Notes: generated by a model from the sequence alone, not told the origin. A stretch of DNA of 64,000 nt from Candidatus Wolfebacteria bacterium (GCA_024654025.1 JANLIR010000003.1:1658-65657); one strand, 5' to 3'; counted from the stretch's first letter, positions 48,796-59,447 are shown. Made by a program: numbers and translations.

Positions 48796-49468
48796 TAATA
48801 TTGCGGTTATATTTTATGGTCCTCCCGGATCTGGAAAAGGCACGCAAGCCAAACTTCTTTCAGATAAGCTCAATTTGTACCTTTTCGATACCGGCGATTT
48901 TTTAAGAAAAATTTTTAGCAATCCGAAATTTAAGAATAACAAAGAAATTCAAGCGCAGAAGAGGCTTTACAATGAAGGGAAGCTTGTTTCGTTTGAGTGG
49001 GTTTTAAAAAATGTCAGCCAGAAAGTAAAAGAATTGGCAAAATTGGACCAATCCGTAGTTTTTAGCGGTTCGGCAAGGAGTTTGTTTGAGGCTTTTGGCG
49101 ATAATAAACATAAGGGTTTGGTTAAAATCTTGGAAGAAATCTTTGGTAAACATAATTTATATTTTTTCTATTTAGATATTTCAGATGAAGAATCAATCAA
49201 AAGAAACAGCCGGCGATTAATTTGTCCGACTTGTAAAAACGCGCTTTTGGCTTTCGCCTCAAGTATGAAAAACTGCCCTCTTTGCGGAGATAAAATTGAA
49301 CACCGCAGCGATGACAAAAAAGAGATTATTGTAAAGCGTCTTAAGGAATACCGCCAGATGACTTTACCGGTTATTAAAGAATTAAAAAAGCGGAAATATA
49401 AAGTTATTAAAATTGACGGTATGCCCGCGCCATACAAAATTTTCAATAAAATTCTCAATTATTTCTAA
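48788..49468 (+). CDS. adk: Adenylate kinase (divergent, Cys4 LID)
   Basis: GPPGSGKGTQA, TGD.LR, CPTC..CPLC, R.DD; position after secY. Confidence 0.88.
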   Translation: MNNNIAVIFYGPPGSGKGTQAKLLSDKLNLYLFDTGDFLRKIFSNPKFKNNKEIQAQKRLYNEGKLVSFEWVLKNVSQKVKELAKLDQSVVFSGSARSLFEAFGDNKHKGLVKILEEIFGKHNLYFFYLDISDEESIKRNSRRLICPTCKNALLAFASSMKNCPLCGDKIEHRSDDKKEIIVKRLKEYRQMTLPVIKELKKRKYKVIKIDGMPAPYKIFNKILNYF

Positions 49469-50226
49469 TGGTAAAAATCTATACGTCTGATGAAATTAAA
49501 ATAATCGCCGAAAGCGGGAAAATTTTAGCCATTGTTTTTAAACAGCTTAAGCAGGAAATAAAAATCGGGGTTTCGTTAAAATACTTAGACAGCCTTGCTC
49601 AGAGGATCACAAGAGAAAACGGCGCCCAGCCGGCCTTTTTGGGATACCGGCCCGAAGGCGCGCGAAAGCCGTATCCGGCTTCTATTTGCGCTTCTTTAAA
49701 CGATGTTGTGGTGCATGGCCTTCCAAATGACTACCAATTAAAAGAAGGCGATGTTTTAAAAATCGATTTTGGAGTTAAATACAGGGGATTTTATTCTGAC
49801 GCGGCGTTTACTGTTGAGTTGGGGAAAATTCCGGCTGAAGCTAAAAATTTAATAAAAGCCACTAAGGCCGCTTTAGAAGAGATGATTCGCCATGCTAAGC
49901 CTGGGAATCATTTGGGAGATTTAGGCTGGGCAGTGGAAAGAGTGGCAAAAAAATTTAATGTTAGCGTTATAAAAGGCTTGACTGGCCATGGCATCGGCAA
50001 GGAACTTCATGAAGATCCCAGTGTTTATAATTACGGCGAAAAAGGAAAGGGGATGGAGTTAAAGCCGGGAATGGTTTTGGCTCTGGAGCCGATGCTTTCA
50101 ACCGGAAGCGGAGAAATAAAACAAAAATCAGATGACAGCTGGGCAACAATGGACGGCAAATTTTCCGCGCATTTTGAACACACTATAGCGATTACAGAAA
50201 GGGGCTCTCAAATTTTAACAATTTAA
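49468..50226 (+). CDS. map: Methionine aminopeptidase type I
   Basis: C.S.N.VVVHG.P, D.A.T, GHGIG..LHEDP, EPM, SAHFEHT. Confidence 0.97.
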   Translation: MVKIYTSDEIKIIAESGKILAIVFKQLKQEIKIGVSLKYLDSLAQRITRENGAQPAFLGYRPEGARKPYPASICASLNDVVVHGLPNDYQLKEGDVLKIDFGVKYRGFYSDAAFTVELGKIPAEAKNLIKATKAALEEMIRHAKPGNHLGDLGWAVERVAKKFNVSVIKGLTGHGIGKELHEDPSVYNYGEKGKGMELKPGMVLALEPMLSTGSGEIKQKSDDSWATMDGKFSAHFEHTIAITERGSQILTI

Positions 50227-50365
50227 GAACGGTACTTGTGGTGAAATTACGAATCGTTGACAAAATAGTAAAAATATGTTTATCTTGAAACAGAACTTAT
50301 TAAGATTCCCTGCTGGTGAGGCCGAGCAATAAACCACTGAGGCGAAAGCCGGAAAGGAAAAGGAA

Positions 50366-50743
50366 ATGATATTCGAGATTTTTCTGAAGGTGGTAGGATT
50401 TTTCGTTGACGTGATTGCGATCCCGATAGCGATAGTCGCCAATGTAAACGATCACCAAAAGGCGATGGAGATTCTTGGCTGGTCGGATGATGTAAAGACT
50501 TGGTTGCGAGAGCGCAAGCCCAACCCACTGAGTGTCTTTTTGGCCGTGGCTGGGTTTGTAATGGCTTGCGTGGGGACCAATATTATCTGGTCGGCGTGGC
50601 ATATAAAGGCGCCGATGTACGTTGCCGTTGAAGAGAAAATCGGATTTGCGGTAGCCGGAGGATTCGTGTATCTCACCGGTTTGATACTATGTTTAGCCGT
50701 ATTTCGCAAGTATTTTCGAAAGGAGGTGAAGCGGGGCGCTTAG
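50366..50743 (+). CDS. Hypothetical membrane protein
   Basis: 125-aa ORF with 2-3 TMs; upstream TTGACA, purine-rich RBS, downstream GGGGCGC/GCGCCCC terminator. Confidence 0.55.
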   Translation: MIFEIFLKVVGFFVDVIAIPIAIVANVNDHQKAMEILGWSDDVKTWLRERKPNPLSVFLAVAGFVMACVGTNIIWSAWHIKAPMYVAVEEKIGFAVAGGFVYLTGLILCLAVFRKYFRKEVKRGA

Positions 50744-50834
50744 CGCCCCATTTTTTTATCCGTTTCTTGCTTAAAAAAATTTTCCATATTATAATTTAGG
50801 TAAATTAATTACTGGTTATTCTGTTGGTTATCCT

Positions 50835-51626
50835 ATGGAAAATATTCGGGAAAAACCTTATCTTTCTGTTATTATCCCGGCTTATAATGAAGCAAAAAGA
50901 TTGCCGTTAACTTTAATTGATATAAATAAACATCTTTCCAAGGCGGATTTTTCCGCCATAGGCGGATCTCCGCCCAAGGCGGATGCGCCTATGGAGCACG
51001 CCTCCGGAGGAGATTATGAAATAATAGTTGTTGACAACAATTCCAAAGACGCTACTCGTGAAGTTGCCGAGAGATTTACTCACTTGCTAAAAAATGCAAA
51101 GGTGATAGAGTGTACCATTCAAGGAAAAGGCGCGGCAGTAAAAGCTGGTATGCTTGCGGCAAAGGGCGAATATAGGCTGTTTATGGACGCGGATAATTCC
51201 GTATCAGTTGATCAGGGGATTAGCGCGCTTAAATACTTTAAAGAAAGCTACGGAGTTGTTATTGGTTCGCGCGACGTAGGCGGCGCTAAAAATGACCAGC
51301 CGTGGTACAGGCAAATCGCCGGTAATATTGGAAATCTAATAATTCAAGTTTTGCTTTTGCCGGGATTGTGGGATACGCAGTGCCCGATGAAAATATTCAC
51401 TGGCGAGGCCGCGGAAAAAGTTTTTCCGCTGATGAAAATAAACAAATGGGGCTTCGATGTGGAAGTGCTGGCATTGGCTAAAAAATTCGGATTTAAAATT
51501 AAAGAAGTCCCGGCTATTTTTATAAACGACCCGAATTCGAAAGTAAAAGCTTCCGCTTATATCAAAACTTTTTTAGAAGTTTTTAAAATCAGGCTGTGGT
51601 TATGGTTCGGAAAATACGAAAATTAA
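50835..51626 (+). CDS. GT2 glycosyltransferase (dolichyl-phosphate glucosyltransferase-like)
   Basis: SVIIPAYNE, VVDN.SKD, GKG.AV..GM, FMDAD, DTQC..K, W.FDVE. Confidence 0.9.
   Translation: MENIREKPYLSVIIPAYNEAKRLPLTLIDINKHLSKADFSAIGGSPPKADAPMEHASGGDYEIIVVDNNSKDATREVAERFTHLLKNAKVIECTIQGKGAAVKAGMLAAKGEYRLFMDADNSVSVDQGISALKYFKESYGVVIGSRDVGGAKNDQPWYRQIAGNIGNLIIQVLLLPGLWDTQCPMKIFTGEAAEKVFPLMKINKWGFDVEVLALAKKFGFKIKEVPAIFINDPNSKVKASAYIKTFLEVFKIRLWLWFGKYEN
50952..51011. repeat. Two nested 30-nt CCGCC/GGCGG units in-frame in GT2 gene
   Basis: Outer 50952-50968 plus 50999-51011; inner 50969-50998. Confidence 0.7.
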
Positions 51627-51693
51627 GAAAGAATTCCGAAATAAATATTTTAAAGTAAAAACCTCGTTTTAACGAAGGAAGAAATTTTTTATT

Positions 51694-52155
51694 ATGACGC
51701 ATTATTTGTCTAAGGAGGGTCTCGAGGAATTAAAAGTGGAATTAAAACGGCTTAAAAAAGACGAAACTTTTGAAATTGCCGAGAGATTAAAAAAAGCTAA
51801 AGAGTTTGGCGATCTTTCGGAAAACTCCGAATATTCGGAAGCGAAAGAAGCGCAAGCCAAACTGGAGGCGCGTATGTTTGAATTGGAAGAAGTAATCAGA
51901 AACGCCGAGATAATAAAAAAATCTCCGGGTAAGAAAAGCATAGTTCATATTGGCTCAACTCTGACTGTTTCCAAAAATGGAGATGTTATAAAATATACCA
52001 TTGTCGGTTCAATGGAGGCTAAGCCTGAAGCAAAGCTTATTTCTAACGAATCGCCGTTGGGAAGGTCTTTTTTAGGTAAAAAAATCGGAGAAGTTGTGGA
52101 GACAACTTTACCTAACGGAAAAGTTTTCAAATATAAGATAATCGAAATCGAGTAA
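51694..52155 (+). CDS. greA: Transcription elongation factor GreA
   Basis: GDLSENSEY..AKE.Q, IVG..EA, IS.ESPLG. Confidence 0.96.
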   Translation: MTHYLSKEGLEELKVELKRLKKDETFEIAERLKKAKEFGDLSENSEYSEAKEAQAKLEARMFELEEVIRNAEIIKKSPGKKSIVHIGSTLTVSKNGDVIKYTIVGSMEAKPEAKLISNESPLGRSFLGKKIGEVVETTLPNGKVFKYKIIEIE

Positions 52156-52508
52156 GGGCTTTGTCTCTGGCGTTTCGCCGGAGTAACAAAACCTTACCCC
52201 GCCCTCTATGCATTACGCATATGTGCTAAAGTGCCAGAAAAATGAATGGTATATAGGCTATACCAATGATTTATGAAGAAGACTAGCGGAACATCAAAAA
52301 GAATGGAAATGTGATTTAATGTATTATGAAGCGTATCAAATAGAGAAAGCTGCGCGAGAACGAGAAAGAAAATTAAAGCATTATGGCAGCGCATGGAGAG
52401 CGCTCAAGAAAAGAATTATAGCTTAGAGGGCGGGGTACTCAATGTTGTAGTTAAATTTTCGTCGCTACGCACTGAACTTCGCTAGAAAATTTAAACAACA
52501 TCGGTATG
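52153..52508. repeat. Three-hairpin composite element, copy B
   Basis: Same scaffold as 37644-37874 with different inner stems and a longer loop. Confidence 0.75.
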
Positions 52509-54122
52509 TTTTGGGCGGATAAAATAGCGGAGGAAATAAAAAATGAATATCGGGATAAAATCGTCCTTCAAGCGGATTCAGGACAGGCCAAAGGAGAGGC
52601 GATTATTATTCGAGATGAAAAAACCGCTTCCGGAAAAATACACGTCGGGTCTCTGAGGGGCGTTGCGATACACGGAATAATCTCTGAGGTTTTAAACGAG
52701 CAGAACATTAAAAATAAATTTCTTTATGAGATAAATGATTTTGATGTTATGGACGGATTGCCGGTTTATTTAGATAGGGAAACTTTTTTGCCTCATATGG
52801 GCAAACCGCTTTGCAATGTTCCTTCTCCAGACGGGAAAGCCAAAAATTACGCGGAGTATTTCGGGCAAGAATTTATTAAAATTATCGAGTCGCTCGGGTT
52901 TAAACCGGAATTTTATCGTTCCAGTGATTTATATAAAACCGGGGAATTCAACGAAGCCATAAAAACTGCTTTGGAAAATGCCGATAAAATCAGGGAAATT
53001 TATAAAAAAATTTCCGGAGCTGACAAGGAAAAAGGCTGGCTTCCGATAAGTATGGTTTGCCAAAACTGCGGGAAAATCGGCACAACTAAAGCGATTTCTT
53101 TTGATGATAAGGAAGTAGAGTATATTTGCGAGGAAAATTATGTTGAGTGGGCAAAGGGTTGCGGCTACCGAGGGAAAATTTCTCCTTTTGACGGCAACGC
53201 CAAGCTTCCTTGGAAAGTGGAGTGGGCCGCAAAATTTTCGGTTTTAGACGTTAGTGTGGAGGGCGCCGGGAAAGATCATTCAACAAAAGGCGGCGCAAGA
53301 GAGGTGGCTGATACTATCAGCAGAGAAGTGTTTAAAAGAAAACCTCCTTTTGATATTAAATACGAATTTTTTCAGGTTGGCGGAAAAAAAATGTCTTCGT
53401 CAAAAGGAGCGGGTTCGTCGGCAAAAGAAATCGCAGATTCGCTCCCGCCGGAAATTTTCAGATTTTTACTTTTATACAAAGAGCCGCGCCAAGTCATAGA
53501 TTTTATTCCGGACGGCGACACGATTCCGATTCTTTATGACAATTACGATAAAATGGCCGAAGATTATTTTACGGATAGAAAAGGAGATTATAAACGGATT
53601 TTTTATTTGAGCCATACGCCTCAGCAGCGTGCAGAAATCATAAAAAGATTTTTGCCGAGATTTTCACAAATTGCTTTTTTGGCGCAGATGCCGCATATCA
53701 ATATCAGCCAAGAGGTTGAGAAAATTAAAGCTGGAAAATTATCCGACGAAGATGAAAGCGAGGTTGAGTACAGGACCAGATATGCCTTAAAATGGCTTTC
53801 TGTTTACGCGCCGGAGGATTATAAGTTTGAGCTCCAAACAAAGGAAATTCCTTTGAAAGCAAAAGAGTTGGGCGAAAAGCAAAAACAAGCTTTGAAAATA
53901 ATTTTGGATTACGTCAGTTCAAAAGATGTTTTGGACGGACAAGAGCTGCACAGCAAGCTTCACGAAATTAAAAGTGATTTAAAAATCGAACCGAAAGAAC
54001 TTTTCAGCGCTATTTATTTAAGTTTTTTAGGTAAAGTTAGCGGGCCCAAGGCAGGATGGTTTTTGAGCGTTTTAGATAAAAAGTTTTTAGAAAAGCGGCT
54101 AAACGAGGTAGTTAGTAGTTAG
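52506..54122 (+). CDS. lysS: Lysine--tRNA ligase, class I (archaeal-type)
   Basis: MFWAD, SG.IHVG (HIGH-like), CxxCG, KLPWKVEWAAK, GKDH, KMSSSKG, GPKAG.F. Confidence 0.93.
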   Translation: MFWADKIAEEIKNEYRDKIVLQADSGQAKGEAIIIRDEKTASGKIHVGSLRGVAIHGIISEVLNEQNIKNKFLYEINDFDVMDGLPVYLDRETFLPHMGKPLCNVPSPDGKAKNYAEYFGQEFIKIIESLGFKPEFYRSSDLYKTGEFNEAIKTALENADKIREIYKKISGADKEKGWLPISMVCQNCGKIGTTKAISFDDKEVEYICEENYVEWAKGCGYRGKISPFDGNAKLPWKVEWAAKFSVLDVSVEGAGKDHSTKGGAREVADTISREVFKRKPPFDIKYEFFQVGGKKMSSSKGAGSSAKEIADSLPPEIFRFLLLYKEPRQVIDFIPDGDTIPILYDNYDKMAEDYFTDRKGDYKRIFYLSHTPQQRAEIIKRFLPRFSQIAFLAQMPHINISQEVEKIKAGKLSDEDESEVEYRTRYALKWLSVYAPEDYKFELQTKEIPLKAKELGEKQKQALKIILDYVSSKDVLDGQELHSKLHEIKSDLKIEPKELFSAIYLSFLGKVSGPKAGWFLSVLDKKFLEKRLNEVVSS

Positions 54123-54141
54123 TAATCGCCATTTTAATGTT

Positions 54142-55869
54142 ATGACCTTAACAGAACAAATTAAAGACAAGCTTGATATTGTCGATTTTATCGGCTCGTA
54201 TGTCCAGCTAAAGCCGGCGGGCAAAAATTTAAAAGGGATTTGTCCTTTTCACAAGGAAAGAACCCCGTCTTTTATGGTATCTGGCGACAGGCAAATGTGG
54301 CATTGTTTTGGTTCTTGCAGTGAAGGCGGGGATATTATCAAGTTTTTGATGAAGTATGAAAATATTGAATTCTCTGAGGCGCTCAAAGTTTTGGCGGAGA
54401 AGGCCGGCATTGAAATTCGAAGAGTAAGTCCGATGGAGCAAAAACAATTCGGAATTTTGTACGATATTAATGAAGCCGCCAAACAATTTTTTAAAAACAC
54501 GATTTTAAATAGCCGCGAAGCGCAGGATTATTTGAATTCTCGGAAATTAAATAAAGAAACCATAGATGAATTCGGAGTGGGTTTCGCGCCAACTAATCCT
54601 GATGAGCTTACCCTTTATTTGATTAATCTCGGTTACGAAATAAAAGATATTGAAAGAGCGGGATTGAATTTTAAAAGCGAACGAGGCGGATATTTCGACA
54701 GGTTCAGGGGAAGAATTATGTTTCCTATAGATAATCATTTTGGCAAGACCGTTGGTTTCAGCGGCAGGATTTTACCAAAATACGACAATGGCGATATGGG
54801 CAAATACATAAACAGCCCGGAGACGCTTATATATAATAAATCGAAAATTCTTTACGGATTAAGCAGGTCCAAGAATTTCGTCCGTGAAGAGAGCCGAGCG
54901 GTTTTGGTTGAAGGGCAGATGGATTTTTTGATGCTCTGGCAGGACGGCGTAAAAAATATAGTGGCTACTTCGGGAACGGCTTTGACCGGCGAGCATTTGA
55001 AGGCCTTAAGAAAACAAACTGATAAATTAATTTTTTGTTTTGATAATGACGAAGCCGGAATAAAGGCGGCTGAAAGAAGCATTGAGTTGGCGAATCAATC
55101 GGACTTTAGCGTTAATATTTTAATTTTGAAAGACTATAAAGATCCGGCTGAGGCAGTGGAAAAAAATCCGGGTTTGTTCAAAAGCCTGACTCAGAGCGCT
55201 AAGCCGGTTTTTGAGTTTTATTTTGAAAAGTATTTGCCACTCATAAACGACGGCGATTTTTCGGAAATTAAAAAAAATATCCGTTTTGTTTTATCCAAAA
55301 TAAAAAATATTTCAAGTCCGATTGAAAAATCCCATTGGTTGAAAGAATTGGCGGATCGGACAAAAATGGATGAAAAAGCTTTAATGGAAGAAATGGAAAA
55401 ATTAGCCGGTTCGATTTTCAAGAAAACAGCGGGAATAGTTCAAGAGGAAACATTTTCTCAAAAAGACCGTTTAGGTCTTATAGCAGACAGAGTTATCAGC
55501 ATAGCAATGGCCCAAGAGCCCTTGTTTATAAAAATAAGCGATTTTGCGGATTATTTACCCAAAGAGCACCGCTTAGTTTATGAACAATTAAAAAATAAAG
55601 TTAAAACAGATGATCCGGGAATTATAAAAATGCTGGACTCCTTGTCTCTTAGGTCGGGGTTTGAACTCGAGCTTTTTGAAAATGACCTTGATAAATTAAG
55701 CAAAGAATTTGAAAGCCTCCTTTTAAATTTAAAGGCCGAATATTTAAAAAAAGAAAGAGAGAATTTGATGTTAATGATTAGTGAGGCCGAAAAAGCAGGT
55801 GATGGAGAAAAATTGGGGAATCTTTTAAAAAAATTTGACGAATTGTCAAAAATAATACAAAATGTATAA
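54142..55869 (+). CDS. dnaG: DNA primase
   Basis: [42 protein letters not shown]. Confidence 0.97.
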   Translation: MTLTEQIKDKLDIVDFIGSYVQLKPAGKNLKGICPFHKERTPSFMVSGDRQMWHCFGSCSEGGDIIKFLMKYENIEFSEALKVLAEKAGIEIRRVSPMEQKQFGILYDINEAAKQFFKNTILNSREAQDYLNSRKLNKETIDEFGVGFAPTNPDELTLYLINLGYEIKDIERAGLNFKSERGGYFDRFRGRIMFPIDNHFGKTVGFSGRILPKYDNGDMGKYINSPETLIYNKSKILYGLSRSKNFVREESRAVLVEGQMDFLMLWQDGVKNIVATSGTALTGEHLKALRKQTDKLIFCFDNDEAGIKAAERSIELANQSDFSVNILILKDYKDPAEAVEKNPGLFKSLTQSAKPVFEFYFEKYLPLINDGDFSEIKKNIRFVLSKIKNISSPIEKSHWLKELADRTKMDEKALMEEMEKLAGSIFKKTAGIVQEETFSQKDRLGLIADRVISIAMAQEPLFIKISDFADYLPKEHRLVYEQLKNKVKTDDPGIIKMLDSLSLRSGFELELFENDLDKLSKEFESLLLNLKAEYLKKERENLMLMISEAEKAGDGEKLGNLLKKFDELSKIIQNV

Positions 55870-57115
55870 AATGAAAAAAAAGACCTCCAAAAAGCGAAAT
55901 TATTTTAAAAAAACCGCTTCAAAAAAGCTAAAAATAAAAAAAAGAAAGGTTTTAACTAGAAAACCTAAAAAACAAAAAAAGGCTAAAAAGGCCTTAATTT
56001 ATCATAAGCGAAAAAAAATAAAAGCGAGAGAGGCTATTTCAAGCCAAAACGAAGCTCTTATAGCTGAAGTTATAAAAAGAGGGAGAAGTCGGGGTTTTAT
56101 AACCGATGCGGAAATTTTATATCATTTTCCGAATATTGAAGACGATATTTCTTTATTGGAGGAGATTTACGATCGTTTGGCAAAGAGCGACATAAAAGTT
56201 ATTGAAACTTCAGCGCTAATTCCTGTTGTCGCCGAGGAAATTACGAAAAAAGAATTGGAAGAGGCGACTATTATAAATCAGACTTCGGAAATGCCAGACT
56301 CGGTGCAATTATATTTAAAAGAAATCGGCAGGACGCCGCTTTTGACGGCAATGGAAGAAAGGGAAATAGCCAAGAGAGTTTCCAGAGGCGACGAAGAGGC
56401 GAGAAGAAAATTGATTCAAGCCAATCTTCGTTTGGTTGTTTCAATCGCAAAAAAATACGCTTATCGAACGCATCAATTGAGTATTTTAGATTTAATTCAG
56501 GAGGGCAATATCGGCCTTTCAAAAGCAGTGGAAAAATTCGATTACAGGAAAGGATTTAAATTTTCCACTTACGCCAGCTGGTGGATAAGACAGGCGATAA
56601 CCAGAGCTTTAGCCGACCAGGCGCGAACCGTCAGAATTCCGGTTCATATGATAGAAACGATTTCTAAATTTAACCAGACCAAGAGGCGATTAATGCAAGA
56701 ATTAGGCCGAGAACCGCTTCCGGAGGAAATAGCCATTGAAATGGGCACAACTGTCGATAAAATTTATTATTTGCAAAAAATTTCCCAGGAGATTATATCG
56801 CTCGAAACGCCTTTAGGCGACGACGAAGACTCCACCTTGTCGGAGCTTATAAAAGACGAAAAAAATCTTTCGCCGTCACAGATAGCGGATTTGTCTTTGC
56901 TTAAAGAAAAAGTTAGGGCGATTTTAGTGGATTTAACGCCAAGAGAACAGGAGATTTTAAAATTGAGATTCGGTTTAGACGACGGCGTCACCCATACATT
57001 GGAAGAGGTTGGCAAAAAATTCGGCGTTACCAGAGAACGTATCAGACAAATTGAAGCTAAGTCACTTTTGAAAATGAAAGCGCATCATAGGTCGAAGGAA
57101 CTGGAGGAATACTAA
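55862..57115 (+). CDS. rpoD: Primary sigma factor RpoD/SigA with Lys-rich N-terminus
   Basis: [56 protein letters not shown]. Confidence 0.96.
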   Translation: MYKMKKKTSKKRNYFKKTASKKLKIKKRKVLTRKPKKQKKAKKALIYHKRKKIKAREAISSQNEALIAEVIKRGRSRGFITDAEILYHFPNIEDDISLLEEIYDRLAKSDIKVIETSALIPVVAEEITKKELEEATIINQTSEMPDSVQLYLKEIGRTPLLTAMEEREIAKRVSRGDEEARRKLIQANLRLVVSIAKKYAYRTHQLSILDLIQEGNIGLSKAVEKFDYRKGFKFSTYASWWIRQAITRALADQARTVRIPVHMIETISKFNQTKRRLMQELGREPLPEEIAIEMGTTVDKIYYLQKISQEIISLETPLGDDEDSTLSELIKDEKNLSPSQIADLSLLKEKVRAILVDLTPREQEILKLRFGLDDGVTHTLEEVGKKFGVTRERIRQIEAKSLLKMKAHHRSKELEEY

Positions 57116-57166
57116 GGGAAACGACGAAAAATATTTCCTAATAAAAGATTAAAAAAATTATTTAAC

Positions 57167-58981
57167 ATGACTTCAGAAGAACTGCGAAAATCATTTTTAG
57201 ATTTTTTTAAATCAAAAGGGCATGCGATTGTTTTGTCTTCATCTTTAATACCAGATGATCCGTCTGTGCTGCTTACAACCGCCGGAATGCAGCAATTTAA
57301 AAAATATTACACCGGCGAGCTTAACGCGATGAGCGATTTTAAATCTCAAAGAACCGCCTCAGTCCAAAAGAGTTTTCGGACCAGCGACATTGAAGAGGTT
57401 GGCGATAAAACGCACCTAACTTTTTTTGAGATGCTTGGCAATTTTTCTTTCGGCCCTGTGGGAAGCGACAAGCCGGACGATTTGGAAACGGACGGTTATT
57501 TTAAAAGGTCATCTATTCATTGGGCGTACGAATACATTACTAAAGTGCTGGAGATTGGATTAGACAGAATTTACGTGACTGTTTTTGAGGGTAACGATGA
57601 AGTTCCTTTTGACGAGGAGTCGTATAAGATTTGGCATGAGGAAATTAAAATGACGAAGGAAAAAATTCTAATGGGTAACCGCGCGGATAATTTTTGGGGG
57701 CCGACTGGAGATTCGGGCCCGTGCGGGCCAACAACGGAAATCTATGTGGACGGAGTTGAGGTTTGGAACGTTGTTTTTAACGAATATTTCCAAGAAAAAG
57801 GCGGAAAGTTGAGAAAAGTTGAAAATCCGGGTGTTGATACTGGAATGGGCTTTGAAAGGCTGCTGTCGGTTTTGCAGGCAAAGGAAAGTGTTTTTGAAAC
57901 CGATGTTTTTGAGGGCTTTGTTTCTAAAATAAAAGAATTGGCGCCTTCTTTAGCGGACAAAGAAAATGGCAAAGAAAATATTGTCCGGATTTTTGCCGAC
58001 CATTTAAGAGGGGCGATATTTTTGACAGCTGACGGCATAAGGCCGTCGAACAAAGAGGCGGGATACGTTTTGAGGCGGTTGATACGCCGATTATTGGCTT
58101 ATGAAGTCAAATATGACATTCACGCTAATTTTTTTTCCGAGGCGATAAAAATTATTAAAAATAAATTTGCCGAAGTTTACCCGGAGTTAAATAACGATAA
58201 AATTATTCTGGATGTTTTGGAAGGTGAACGAACAAAATATCAGGAAGCAATAGGTTTGGGCGCTAAGGAAATAGAAAAGCTTAACGCTCTGGGCGAAAAG
58301 ATTACCGGAGTCGTAGCGTTTAATTTATATCAAACTTTTAGCATTTCGCCGGAAATTACGTTGGAATTGGCGAAAAACGTTGATAAGGATAATTTTCAAA
58401 AAGAATTTGATGAAGAAACTAAAAAGCATCAGGAAATTTCCCGCGCCGGAGTTGAGAAAAAATTCGGCGGTCACGGTTTAATTTTAGACACTGGAGAGCT
58501 TAAAGCGGGAAGCGAGGAAGAAATGAATAAAGTTATCCGTTTGCATACCGCCACTCATTTGCTTCATCAGGCGCTCAGAGATGTTTTGGGCGATGGCGTT
58601 GACCAGCGCGGCAGCGATATTAATCCCGAGCGGGCGCGATTTGATTTTCTTTTTAACAGAAAACTTACGGCTGATGAGATTAAAAAAGTTGAGGAAATCG
58701 TGAATGAGAAAATAAACCAAAAATTGCCGGTTCGTTTTAAAGAAATGCCGAAAGAAGACGCGGAAAAAACCGGAGCTCGCAAATTTTTTAAAGGTAATTA
58801 CCCGCTAATTGTGAAAGTATATTATATTGGCCAGGAAGACGATATTTTGAAAGCGTATTCCAAAGAGTTTTGCGGCGGGCCTCACGTAGAAAATATTTTT
58901 GAGATAGGGAAATTTAAAATTATTAAAGAAGAGGCGAGTTCGGCTGGAGTCCGCCGGATAAGAGCAACAATCAGCGAATAA
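57167..58981 (+). CDS. alaS: Alanine--tRNA ligase (short form lacking C-Ala domain)
   Basis: AGMQQFK, H.TFFEMLGNFSFG, GPCGP..E, DTGMGFER, GYVLRR..RR, HTATH, CGG.H. Confidence 0.96.
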   Translation: MTSEELRKSFLDFFKSKGHAIVLSSSLIPDDPSVLLTTAGMQQFKKYYTGELNAMSDFKSQRTASVQKSFRTSDIEEVGDKTHLTFFEMLGNFSFGPVGSDKPDDLETDGYFKRSSIHWAYEYITKVLEIGLDRIYVTVFEGNDEVPFDEESYKIWHEEIKMTKEKILMGNRADNFWGPTGDSGPCGPTTEIYVDGVEVWNVVFNEYFQEKGGKLRKVENPGVDTGMGFERLLSVLQAKESVFETDVFEGFVSKIKELAPSLADKENGKENIVRIFADHLRGAIFLTADGIRPSNKEAGYVLRRLIRRLLAYEVKYDIHANFFSEAIKIIKNKFAEVYPELNNDKIILDVLEGERTKYQEAIGLGAKEIEKLNALGEKITGVVAFNLYQTFSISPEITLELAKNVDKDNFQKEFDEETKKHQEISRAGVEKKFGGHGLILDTGELKAGSEEEMNKVIRLHTATHLLHQALRDVLGDGVDQRGSDINPERARFDFLFNRKLTADEIKKVEEIVNEKINQKLPVRFKEMPKEDAEKTGARKFFKGNYPLIVKVYYIGQEDDILKAYSKEFCGGPHVENIFEIGKFKIIKEEASSAGVRRIRATISE

Positions 58982-58982
58982 A

Positions 58983-59381
58983 ATGAAATTACTGGATTTT
59001 TTAAAAAAGATTTTTCTTTTCCGGTTTTTCGATAAACTGGAGGATAAAATTAGAGGTAAATTAAGCCATCATCCGGTTATTTACGCGATGATTGGAAGCG
59101 TGGGGATAATCTTGTTGTGGCGCGGTATTTGGATAATAGCGGATAATTACAATATGAGCGGATTGGTGTCTGTTATTTTGGGGGCGGCGATTTTACTGGC
59201 AACCGGTCTTTTTGTGTCGTTTTTTGTGGGTGACCGTGTAATAATCAGCGGAATTAAGGAGGAGAAAAGAATAGACGAAAAAACCGAGGAGGAGATAAAA
59301 AAAGAAACAGAGGAGATAAAAGAGATAAAAACAGAACTTAAGGAGATAGGAAAAGACATCGAGGAGCTTAAAAACAAATAG
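58983..59381 (+). CDS. Hypothetical 2-TM protein with C-terminal coiled coil
   Basis: G.IL.WRG.W...D pattern; E/K-rich tail. Confidence 0.75.
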   Translation: MKLLDFLKKIFLFRFFDKLEDKIRGKLSHHPVIYAMIGSVGIILLWRGIWIIADNYNMSGLVSVILGAAILLATGLFVSFFVGDRVIISGIKEEKRIDEKTEEEIKKETEEIKEIKTELKEIGKDIEELKNK

Positions 59382-59447
59382 AGGTTTTTATGTTAAACAA
59401 TTTTTTAAATTATTTGGCAATAAAAGCCGAAGTTTATCGTCTTTATT

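Noticed and set aside
50305-50360. Hammerhead-like CTGA...GAAA in the leader of the orphan gene
   Set aside because: The core does not match CUGAnGA and I could not build stems I and III.
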